A stretch of 64,000 bases of DNA from Schmidtea polychroa (lineage: Eukaryota): the NCBI GenBank assembly GCA_044892525.1, contig CM097885.1:33358001-33422000 (forward strand), in the 5' to 3' direction. A program made the position numbers and the translations under genes. A model generated the notes under the pieces. The model searched no databases and was not told the DNA's origin. It saw nothing but the letters and a program-made list of their open reading frames with translations. Below are positions 52,441 through 64,000 of the stretch, one piece after another. The number at the start of each line of letters is the position of its first letter. Within the stretch, counting starts at the first letter, position 1.

Positions 52441-54982
52441 TCCTGTTATATCTTGTCATTCTAAACGTTATCTAAAGTGGACCACAAAAATCAATGAAAT
52501 CACTTTCAAACACGAAAATCTCTAAACTATCTCACGCGTTTTAGATGTAAATATTTTGTACGAAACGTATTTAAAATAATAATAATAATATAAAGATAAT
52601 AATATTAATAAAAAAATACTTATTTGCAATTTATACATCTTGTTCAATCAATTCATCCTAATTTACTTAAATTCAATTGATAACTCATATTTTCCAACTC
52701 TTACATCACAACTACAGCCAACTGTCCGCTTGGATTTCCTAACTCTCACAGTCCCTATCAACTTTCACTCAACCACTGATATTTCTAGATTGTCACATCA
52801 CAGCTTTTCGAGAAAATTCCCCGAGTTTCGTATCACAGATTGAGTAAATAACCGCTCGCACTACATAAACCCAATAATTACAGAATGATATATGTTACAT
52901 AAATATATTATAGTATATTTGATTACATCATCATTACTCGTCCAATGATTATATAATACATATAGTATGTCCTCTTGGTTCAGTAAGCTCATAGTATCCT
53001 ACTATACATCCTTTAAAAGAATAAGTTCTTGGAAAAAAGTAAATAGGATAGATCGAGTTTATTTAAAGTTTGAGCGATATGAAAAATCATTGTAAAGTAT
53101 TGCTGTTAATTAAAGTCTGATTTTTGTCTTTTACATAACAGTTAAAATAGTATTCAAAATAAATAAATTTATTATTAGAAAGTTTAAAAATTTTCGAAAA
53201 TAATATTTCAATTTTTTCAATGGGTTGAAATTGAAAATATATATATTCTATGAAATAATGAAACTGAAATTCAAAACTTCAATTGAAAACAATTCAAATA
53301 ATTTCTGGATTTACTTTTACGTTGAATCTTTTATTATATATAGTATATAATAAGCAGGGTGCCTTATAGGATATTTATCTAGAAAATTCGGGGATATTTT
53401 TTTATGTTTTGAAATGATTTTTTTAATTTATTTATTGTTTTAACGGAGTGATTTTTTTAAAAATTTATTTAAACTTATTTTAATATTTTATTTTATTTTA
53501 AATTATTTATAGTTTTTTTACGAATTGTTTGATCGACTTGTTATGTCATTGTAAAAATCACACTAAAATAAGGGGATTTTTGGACAGAATTTTAAGTCGA
53601 AAATTTAAAGTCTTAAAATTTTCTAAGCTAAAAATACCTAAAAATAATTCTTAAATGAAAATATAAATATTTTTTTTAAATTTAAACTTTTCCAGTATTT
53701 ATAAATTAAACACGATGAATGTCCAAATTACATTTAAACATTAAAGAAGTAATGAGCTTTGATCTAATAATAATTGATCAATTTATAAATAATAATTACT
53801 GTGAAGGGTCACTGTAAACCGAAATTGACCGGAAAACTTCAGCAAATATTCTTTCAAAAATTTATAATTTTATAATTTTTATATTTTCTTGATCTATTAT
53901 TTGCAACTTCATTTATCCTTCTTATTTCAGATTCTGGATCAATGAACGAAAAAAACGAGAATAAAATAAATCAAAATTAATAAATGTAAAATATTTCAAT
54001 ATAGGATTTTTAATATTTTAATATATTTTTTTATTAATTTTTATAATTTATATTTAAGTTGTTGAACTTTTCCAATATTTTTCAGCTATTTATTGTTGTA
54101 TTTTTGAGAGAATAACATTATTAACAAAAAAGATTTCTTAATAATATAAACAACAAGTTGAATAAATAAATAGAGATTAATTTTCATTATTTCAGAAATG
54201 CAGTAAATAGCAATTGTTCTAATAATATTTTACTTGTTTTATTAGATCGAATTTCATTTTCTCACATGTAAACAAAATTCCGACAAATAAAAATTTTAAA
54301 AAAATTATTTGGAAAATCTCTGGGTAAACATTCCCTGAATTCGTGTAAAATTAAATTTTTATACACATTTTTATACACTTAATTCGAAAGCTTTGTGTAT
54401 ATTATAAAAATATATATTATTAAAAAGTATTATATTGCTACTCTAAATTTGATTAAAATTTTATATTAACTTTTCCTGATAAATAAGACTTACGAAATAA
54501 TAAAAAGTTATTTAGGTATAAAGTTACCAGTAATATTTATTTACTAATTAAATATTAATTAACCTATCGCATAAAATAGTTTAACGTATTATCAAGTCAT
54601 TTAATAAAATATATTCTTTTCATTTTAAATTTACGCTTTCCTTTATTTCTTTTTAAACTATAGATTAATATTTATTATAAAAATTGTGAAACAGCAATTC
54701 GAATCTTTGGAAAAAAGGTTGTTACAAAAATAAATAAATATTATTTTAATTTATAATTAAATTATAATTATTTACGACAAATTAAGGACATTTAAGGATA
54801 AAAAAACGATTTTTAAAATATTTATTTCATTCGAGAAAATCTTTAATTTATTTGATTTTTAAATTTATTTAATTTAATTTACTATTTTATGAATTGACAT
54901 AGAAAATTTCAAAATATGATAAATATTTACCAAACAAAATTAAATCGAAATTTCAATTTTACAAGAATTAATGTTTTATTCA

Positions 54983-55887
54983 TCATACAATCCCGAGTAT
55001 AAGCTGCAGCTAATACGTACATTAAGGCAACATTTCTGAATTGCAGCTAATATGATGTGCAGCTTATACAACTAAAAAACAATTCAAATCGAAGATAAGA
55101 TTATTTATTTCAATTTTCAACATCACACTCCTCAAAACCATCACACTTTTCATTGTCAATAAAAGTGAAACTTGGCACCTTTAGTCTCAATTGTGTACCC
55201 TAAAGGCATGTCACATTGAATGGACACTTCATCAAAATTACCGATTTGATTATCGGGCAAATCCTTCTTTAAATATGCGATGGTGCTTCTAAACTTGGCC
55301 ATCTGAATTTTCCCAATCTTTCGGTAATTGTTGCTTCGTGGTAGGCCGTCGAACACAAATATTCTTACAACCGACACTTGAAGTTCTCGTTCACGTTGAA
55401 TTAGGATCCATTCGTGTAATTTCGTTTCCAATTCCGGATATCTAGCGTTACCACCACGAAAACATCTTCGATTTGGATTCATTGCTTTGATAACAGACTC
55501 TTGGGCGATCCATCGTCGAATAGCAGTTTCATTAATATCATATCGTCTTGCAACCTCCCGTATGTTTCCTAACTGACGAGCTAATTCAATAACTTCTTTT
55601 TTCTTTTCTGAACTAAAATATCTTCGTTGTTTCTTTTGTTTTTGTTCAGAATCGTTATCCATTTTAATCAAGGATTCAAAACAGTGCAATAAACAATGTA
55701 AACAATGTAAACGATTAAAACGGTGAAATTTGTTTTTTAATGATAGGTTGCTGATATTAAAATCATGTGTTTTCAACGCAAATGGTGCAGCTAATACGTG
55801 CTGCGGTTTATACGACTAAAAATACATTTTTATAAAAATGTCATCTGCAGCTAATACGCGCTGCCGCTTATACTCGGGATTTTACAG
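54983..55887 (-). mobile_element. Internally deleted pogo-family transposon
   Basis: TIRs AATCCCGAGTATAAGC at both ends. ORF 55156-55776 has an HTH (KKKEVIELA..VARRYDINETAIRRW), a CENP-B-like HTH (YPELETKLHEWI) and the DDE start IGNFDE. Confidence 0.85.
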
Positions 55888-56058
55888 TAGTAAAATTATG
55901 AAAAATAAAAAGACAAATTATAATCAGCAATGTAGTTTTAAAATAATTTGAATAATAATTGGAGAAATATATTCTTTTGAAAAATTTAATTATTATTATA
56001 TTCATTTTAATTTTCATATTTTTTGTAATTATTTATTTAAAATTAATTAATATTTAGA

Positions 56059-56209
56059 ATGGAAACCAATACATTTTTGAAAATTGGAAAACATTTTCAC
56101 ACAGCCTATGGAGGAAATGATATTGACTTTGTAGATCAGTTAAACTATCAGTATAGTACTGGATTATTATTTATTTTTATCAGCATTATTGGATTCAGAC
56201 AATATGTCG
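56059..56209 (+). CDS. Innexin, first coding exon (remaining exons not found in window)
   Basis: METNTFLKIGKHFHTAYGGNDIDFVDQLNYQYSTGLLFIFISIIGFRQYV/G matches the innexin D.VD.LNY..T..LL...QYVG pattern. Acceptor TTTAG at 56057 and donor GTTAGT at 56210 (phase 1). Confidence 0.88.
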
Positions 56210-57301
56210 GTTAGTTTTATCTTTTATTTCATTTCTATTTATTTGTTTAAAAAAATAATTCACTTTTAATATTATTTCTTAATGATATTTTGCATATTTT
56301 TCTAGTGTCAACATATAATGATATGTAAATTTTATTTCAAAATTGAAATTTTTAATAATTTATTTAAGCTTATTTTATCCTTCTGTAAATTTGACATTTA
56401 TCAAATACTTTGTAAGATATTGTCTTAGGACCGTGTTTTTGTTCTTTTCACTAATATATTTATAAAATAAAATAGATTAAAAGAAAAATATATTTGTTTA
56501 TTTTTATAATGAAAATTTGTTATTTATTTATAAAAATACATTATAGAAAATAATTACTTTTTTCTCATTCATTTTTTAATATTTTGTTTCTTTTAAGATA
56601 ATATATTCATAATTAGTAACGACTGTTAGCTTATCAATATGTTATAATGTTTCTAGTATTGAAAAGGACTCCAGCAAAAGAAATTGTTTAGCCATTGAAA
56701 ACTCATATGCAATTGAAAGTACAATTAATTAAAAAGAGTAATAGTTAGGTTGCTTTTTACCAAATAAAAATTGAGAAAATTAAGCATTATATATATCAAA
56801 CAACTCAGAAACTTACAACCTACAAGAATATATATATATATATATATATAACATAAACCAATATTTAAGGAAAAAAATCTTTATTTCATTTAGAAAAACA
56901 AATAGAATTTTTTAAAAACGTGTCATTAACTCAATAATGACATTATTAGCAGATTACAGAAAAATTTAATTTCTAAAATAATATATGTTGACTGCACAGG
57001 CAGAGACTTTAATTAAAATAATAAATATATCTTTTTTTTTAAAGTGAAACTTAAATTAATGAATATTTAAATTTTAATTTTGAAATAAAATAATTTTTAA
57101 TAAAATTGCAATTCAAGTATGAATGTGGTAATTTGACGGTATGTTGATATTTCGTTGAGATTAAAATTTATAAAAAAAATGTCCCAAGAATATTTGTTTA
57201 TATAAGCAGATTTAATGAAATATAATTTTGGATCTATTTATTTATTCAATTCTTAGTAATTTATTTGATGACATAAGAATTGAATGTTATAACATCTAAC
57301 A

Positions 57302-57346
<45 letters not shown>

Positions 57347-58049
57347 AGTTCATTATTTTCATAAAAACTGTTATAGTAGAAATAATGGTTTCTTGGCAAA
57401 CGTTTAATAATTAAATGTCAAGAGAAGCATTAACTAAAGATTTTATTAGGATAGAAATTTTGTTTTTGAAATAATTCTTTTCATTATCGTAGGAAAGGAT
57501 CGTAAAAGATTATTTCATAATTATAAATCTTTTATAATAAAACTTGCTCAAAAGCTTATCATGTCAATTATTTGTGTAAAATATAAATATTATAAATATA
57601 ATTCACTTGAAAAAGGCAATGCCGAAAATTCGTGAATATCAATAACATCGAGATATTTACTTATTTATAGTTTTCAAACTCTTTTTAATAAATTCTATAA
57701 ATATAATAATAGTTAATAGTATTATAATTATTATATAACATAAATTACTATAATTATTAATACTTAAATATTATTTAATACATTTTAATTCTAATAATAA
57801 TTTTGCAAATTCTTTAATTGCATTCTGAAATGAAATTGAACATTTTCTATGATGTTTTTTCAATTTAAAAATGGATTTGTGATTAATAGAAAAAATTGTA
57901 TTTGATGTTTTACTATGAAAAAAGAGATTAAGCAGTTTTGGCTTAAACAAAATGTCATTTATTCTTTACTTAATGATTAATTATAATTAACTCATTTTAT
58001 TTCTATAATTTGGTGGATTTTGTGAAAGACTTAAGGATAATTGTTTAAT

Positions 58050-58600
58050 TGACAAAAAATTAATTTTGTTTAATTGTTTATGAGTAAAAGATGTGTTTTT
58101 CAGGAAAAACAAAGACTTAATTAAACAATATATTGTTTGATTTGCTTGATTACCCTTGCAAATCTTTCAAACAGGCTTCGTGATTCAGCTGTACTCTTAT
58201 GAATTAATGGTTTGGTTTTTAGGAAGCTATTCTAATTATATAACATTTTTGAATCCCACTAGATAACATAATCTTTCTTTGGTTACTATCTGCTTTTCAA
58301 AAACTTTTGGAAATTCCATCAAGCTTTTCTTTCAATGTCGAGTTGTTAAACGCTGACTAAATACAGTCAATGTCTTTATTTTAAATTCATAATCTTTGAT
58401 TGTTTTTCTTTAACTTGACTCAATCTAGATATTATCCTCAACATTAAACCGAAAATTAAGCAAACAAATTCTCACACTCCCATAGTTTTAAGGCATCTTT
58501 ACATCATACATAATATAACTTTTTTGAGATTGTAAAGAAATTTTCCTTTTGGAAAGTAATACAGTAAAATAATGCGAAAATGTTCCTTTTCATTTTTATT
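58050..58600 (-). mobile_element. Highly decayed mariner transposase relic
   Basis: Minus strand KEHFRIILLYYFPKGK (mariner N-terminal HTH) and LPKNQTINS. Confidence 0.6.
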
Positions 58601-60789
58601 CTAAAATCAGCAACAAATATACATTTCTTAACGAAATCTTACACTTTCTATTTATGAAGCTATGTTAGTCTGACAGCTGTTAAGTTACATGTTACATTTC
58701 AGGACATTTTTATTTACACTTAAATCAAGAATATACAAATTTCTATAATCTTAAAAAATAATCGATAAAATTATACTATATCAACACACAAACTTACCTG
58801 TGTGCAAAAATTTAATGTTCCGAATGTTAAAAGTTTTATTATAGGAATTGAGAAAGTGACAGAAAAATAATTTTACATACAAACACAATACACATAATAT
58901 AAAATACACGCAAATTTAATATAGCTTTTTTTATTCCGAAAGTAGAAAGTAATTAACATATTGTTAACATATCATTATTTTTAAAATTCATGGCAGAAAA
59001 AATTTTGGATTTTCAATCGGACAACTCTACTTTGAGTTTTCGATAAAAGGACGACAAGACATCGTAAAACCTATTTATAAAATATGTTTGAAGTTATTTT
59101 TTCTTTAGATTTTTAGATATTTCTCTGGAAAAAAATTCGAAAAAAATAATAATTTCATAGAATTACATAAAATGACAAAATTTACCATATAAATGAGCTG
59201 GAGAAAGAACAATACAAAAACTTAAAAAACTACTCCGCTTCTTTCTTAAATGTCTTAAAAAATAAATGTTTTTGATGATTTCTTTATTTATTCATAGTTA
59301 AAAATATTAATCTAACTTACATTTTTTCGAAATAATTCATAGTTATAAAAATCCTAAAAAAACCTGAAAATTAATTAAAAATAATTTATAATCAAAATAT
59401 TGACTACAAGTAACATTTAAAAGCTTCAATAGTGATCTCATAATTTTATAAAATCAAAATTCAAACCTTAAAAGTTACTTAAATTAAAAAAACTTACTTG
59501 TAAAATTGAATAAATGAAATGAAGTAAATAACTTCACATTCTCATAAATGGTGAGTCATCAACTGATGAACACACCAACATGTATTATAGAGACTTTTAA
59601 AATCTGGAATTAAGTGTATTTATTATACAAAATTCGCAATAACCTTTTGTCAAATCTACTATTATTGTAGAATATTAGTTATTATTTCTCTTATATCAAG
59701 GTTTATTTCTTTTAGATATTTAAAACCCCTATAAAATAATTTCTTTACTGATTTAATTACTGATTTTATTAATAATTATTTCATGAATATTGGTTATAAA
59801 TATTTAAAATTTAGTCAAAGCATTCAACTGTAAATTATTCCAATATTCATAATTTTCAAATAAGTTTCTGCCAACATTTATCAAAAGTTTCATGTTTCAA
59901 TTAATCAAAGACCACATTTTCTCATTGGAAAATATAAAGAAACATTTTAAGCTTGCACAAAAATTAATCAAATAGTAATTAATTGAATTAGAATAAACTT
60001 TATAAATTTTCAAAGAGAAAGTGGTGCATGTATGTTAGTTGAAAGGATAAGTAAATGACAAAAGGTTTTCACCCAATGGGATTCCTTAGGATGTTAATTA
60101 ATAAATTTATTAAAAAGTTAATTAAGATAATTTGATAAACTAAATTTGTTTTGAGAACTATAATAAATTAATAATTACATTTTAATTTATTCCGTTTGGA
60201 AATATCGATGACATTAAGCAAAGAAGATATTGTAAAAATTAAAAAAGAGAAAATAATAAAGTTAAAAAAGTCTCATTTTTACAAGAAAACAAATAACACG
60301 CACTCTGGAAAGAATTGCACGAGATGTAGATCCTAGAATGAAAAAGTTAGATATCAATTTGTTATAAAAAACTTGTGTCCAATTGTCCAGTCCAAAAATA
60401 AAAGTTTCAATTTTTAAATGTTATCATTATAATAATGAACAAAAGGAGCAAGATATTGAAATATTTTTAATGAAGAAATTATAAACCTAACAAATTGAAT
60501 AAATAAAACGCCTAGGATCTTTTGAAATTTATATCAATTTTAATTAAAATAGTCATTCAGACACATTTGTATAAATCACTTTAAGTATGTATAAAAAATT
60601 TAAAACTTATAATTTTTTGTTAGATTATATATATATTATATAAGTGATATTCGTTCTTTTTAGACCTTTAGAACTCTTTTAAAAACACATTGACAGCCAG
60701 CATATTTTTATTCATTTTTATTCGCCAGATGTTACTATTAGATGTAGGCTATTATATTATACGTCAGTAAAATGATTACAAACAAGCCA

Positions 60790-61670
60790 GGGTTGTTGAT
60801 TCTAAAAGATGGTTAATTCTGACTACTTGGGTCTGTGTGCACACACATATTCTTGTCTGATTGCAGACGCAAGTAGTCGAGTTGAATTGTGTGGTTTTGT
60901 GTGACTTTGGTTTTTATTAGATTTTTTCAATTTGTCTAGAATTATTTGAAAATAAATTTCTTTTCATGATTTTTGGCCTTATTTTGAATTTTATGATTAT
61001 GATTAGCATGAGTCAACCATATAGTTATGTTGGTGATGGGATTACAGAGATGGTGGAGCACATTCTTTGTCAATTTATTAAGTTTATGCATGTGGTCGTG
61101 TAATTTGCACAATGAATTTGAACGGGAGAGATTTGATGGATTATTTGCTGAAATACTAACAGAGCGAGGTTTCAGTTACAACTACAGCCAAATGAAGAAT
61201 ATTAAAGAATATTCGAGATATTAAAGAAAGACTGTTGCATTGCTCTTGATTTTGAACAAAAACTGCATCGGTACTTGAAAAGAGTTATGAATTATTAATT
61301 GGTCTAGTTAATACCATTGAAAACGAAAAATTCAGATGTCCAGCTATCATTCTTTCGAATGAAAATTACTACTATTTATGAGGTCTTATAGCAGCATGAT
61401 GTGAATATTTGTAAAAGTTTATATAACAAGATATTGTCTTATCAACTGGTTCGACAATATATTTTGGTATGTCATATTAGAAGTTCATATAAGAAGGAGC
61501 TGAGGTACGAGTTATTTCGTACTTGACAGTGACTATGTTAACCAAAGAAATTACTCACAACTTTAGTTATTTGAGATTCTTAATACAACAAGTTCGAAAA
61601 TTGTGTTTCCAACTGAAATGTGCATACAGTTCACCTTTACTTATTGAAAATAAAAGAATGGGGTCCATCA
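60790..61670 (+). pseudogene. Actin pseudogene (decayed, partial)
   Basis: VVDS.DG, VNHIV, GRDLMDYLL.ILTERGFSY, IRDIKERL, IALDFEQ, LEKSYEL, TIENEKFRCP, IVLSTGST, KEIT, with many frameshifts. Confidence 0.85.
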
Positions 61671-61828
61671 AGTCATTTTTGCAAAATATCATGTTAATCT
61701 AACTAATGACCAATTTTAGCAGTAGGTAGATAGTGGCCCACTGCAACAATTACCCCCCTCCCCTCTAGAAAAAAAATTGTTGCAACTCGCATTTTTTGTT
61801 GCAACTTTTTTATTACGCAATTGTTCCA

Positions 61829-62230
61829 CACTATAGTGAGAGGGTCTCGATGGTCCTGGGATTTTCAATACAAAAAAATTTTTTTCAATACAAAAACGAT
61901 GGTCCTGGGATTTTCAATACAAAAATCTGACTACCACTAAAAAAGCCAAGGATTTATCAGACTATAGTGAGGTGGGTCTCGATGGTCCTGGTATTTTCAA
62001 TACAAATAAAATTTTTTCAATACAAAAATCCGACTACCACTAAAAAAGCATGGAATTTTCACACTATAGCGAGGGGGTCTCGATGGTCCTGGGATTTTCA
62101 ATACAAATAAAATTTTTTCAATACAAAAATCCGACTACCACTAAAAAAGCCAAGGATTTATCAGACTATAGTGAGGGGGTCTCGATGGTCCTGAGAACTT
62201 CAATACAAAAAGGTGGTCTACACTAAAAAA
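61829..62230. repeat. Tandem repeat, ~100-bp unit, about 4 copies
   Basis: ACTATAGTGAG..GGTCTCGATGGTCCTGG.ATTTTCAATACAAA..GACTACCACTAAAAAAGC recurring. Confidence 0.9.
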
Positions 62231-62239
62231 ACGTGGTAA

Positions 62240-63180
62240 ATTTTTTCAATTAAAGTAAATAATGGTTCTAAAAAATTAAATTACAGTAAATAATGGTCCA
62301 AATTTTTCAATTAAAGTAAATAATGGTTCTAAAAAATTAAATAACAGTAAATTATGGTCAAAATTTTTCAATTACAGTAAATTATGGTCCTAAAAATTGA
62401 ATTACAGTAAATTATGGTTCTATAAATCGAATTAAAGTAAATTATGGGTCTAAAAATTGAATTAAAGTAAATTATAGTCTAAAATTTAAAATTAAAGTAA
62501 ATTATGGTCTAAAATTTCAATTAAGTAAATTAAGGTCTAAAATTTTCAATTAAATTAAATTAAGTCTAAAATTTTCAATTAAGTAAATTATGGTATATAT
62601 TTTTAAACTTAAGTAAATTAAAGATAAATAAGCAAATTAAGGTCTAAAATTTCGATTAAGTAAATTAAGGTCTAAAATTTTCAATTAAAGTAAATTAAGG
62701 TCCAAATTTTGAATTAAAGTTAATTAAGGGTCAAAATTTAAAATTAAAGTAAATTAAGGTTCTAAAAAATTAAATTAAAGTTAATTAAGGTCCAAATTTT
62801 TAAATTACGTAATCAATGGTCAAATATTTTAAATAAGTAAATTAAATTAATAATTTTTAAATAAGTAATGTAATAAGCAAATTAAAGTAAGATTTTAAAT
62901 TTATTAACAAAATAATAGAAGGTGTTTGAGAATTGAAATTTTTAAATGAAAATTTTTATGAAATAATTTTTCAATGAAAATTTTAAATGAAAACTTTTAT
63001 GAAATATTTTTCAATGACAATTTTAGAAAAAAAAATTTTTGAAATAATTTTAGATGGAAATTATGTAAATTAAGGGATACAATTTTAAATTAAAGTAATC
63101 AATGGTCTATATTTTAAACTTCTATATTCGGTAAACAAGGACTAAATTAAGTAAATAAAGGGTTAAATTAAAGAAAATTA
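62240..63180. repeat. Degenerate ~30-bp tandem repeat
   Basis: AATTAAAGTAAATTATGGTCTAAAATTT-like units. Confidence 0.85.
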
Positions 63181-64000
63181 TGATTATAATTATAATTAGA
63201 TTTAAAGAATAATTACCTTTTCATTTAACACTACAGTGTTAATTCTTACCATTTTAGAATAATATTTTTTATCAAAGTTCTTATCTTGATTTATTTAATT
63301 TTAATTCAATTAATTTGAAAGATTATTTAGATACATTTTGGTGTTTAAGGTATTCATTAGTAATTATTTTTTAGAGTTGATGGATTTTGTGAATTTTTAT
63401 CATTTTCGTGAATTTCATGTGGATTGAATGAATATTAAAAAATTTTAAGTTAGTTCTAAGATAAATTTAATTAATTTCTTGATAATTGGATGCATTTTAA
63501 TTGATTAGTTTTTTAATTTTAAATAAAAATAATTTTTAATGACAGTCAGGTTAATAATCACGTGATAGGATATGACTTTGTAATAATATTTTTTTTCATA
63601 TATTTTCTAAGAATTTCATGTTGACTGATTAAAAGTTTTAATGGTGATAAATTTAATTGATAAATTTAATTAATTTCTTGATAATTTGTTAAATTTTAAA
63701 TAAAAATTAATTTTTTTTTAATGACTGTTAGGTTAATAATTAAGTAATTGGTTTAATTTTAGATGACTTTGTAATGCATTTGACTAAATAATTTTTTCAA
63801 AAATTTTCTAAGAATATTTACACATTGATGAACTTTTTTAAAAAAAAAACATCAGCTAAGAAATCAGTTAACCTTATCAAGAACTTTAAATTTACTTGAT
63901 AATTTACAGAAATAATATACAAAATTTAATTTACAGAAATAATTTACAAAATAATATACAGAAATTTATGATTAAGTTTGCTTTTATGAACAATCAATAT

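Overview
AT-rich, repeat-dense eukaryotic DNA. Composition, (AAT)n tracts and TE families suggest a planarian or other flatworm (inference). The main feature is an LTR retroelement at 389-6503: a TGTTG...CAACA LTR, a tRNA-Trp-like PBS, and four annotated ORFs that all share one frame and are separated only by single stop codons. They reconstruct a ~1,560-aa polyprotein: Gag N-terminal stub, two ubiquitin-like domains, a Bcl-2-like domain whose hydrophobic tail doubles as a signal peptide, a Cys-rich chuvirus/herpes-gB-like envelope glycoprotein, a TM region, an aspartic protease, then an apparent deletion of RT/RNaseH/IN. The envelope is therefore in-frame and upstream of the protease. The rest is mostly TE debris: Gypsy fragments, a related solo LTR, Penelope-like elements with hammerhead ribozyme motifs (one intact minimal copy), a near-complete hAT transposon, hAT/piggyBac/Tc1 MITEs, mariner and pogo relics, an RLE-type non-LTR 3' end, and Maverick/Polinton-like pieces (PolB relic, TBP-like relic, candidate terminus). 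The only clear host coding piece is a first coding exon of an innexin (56059-56209), with a decayed actin pseudogene downstream. All protein calls come from motif recognition by eye, not database searches.
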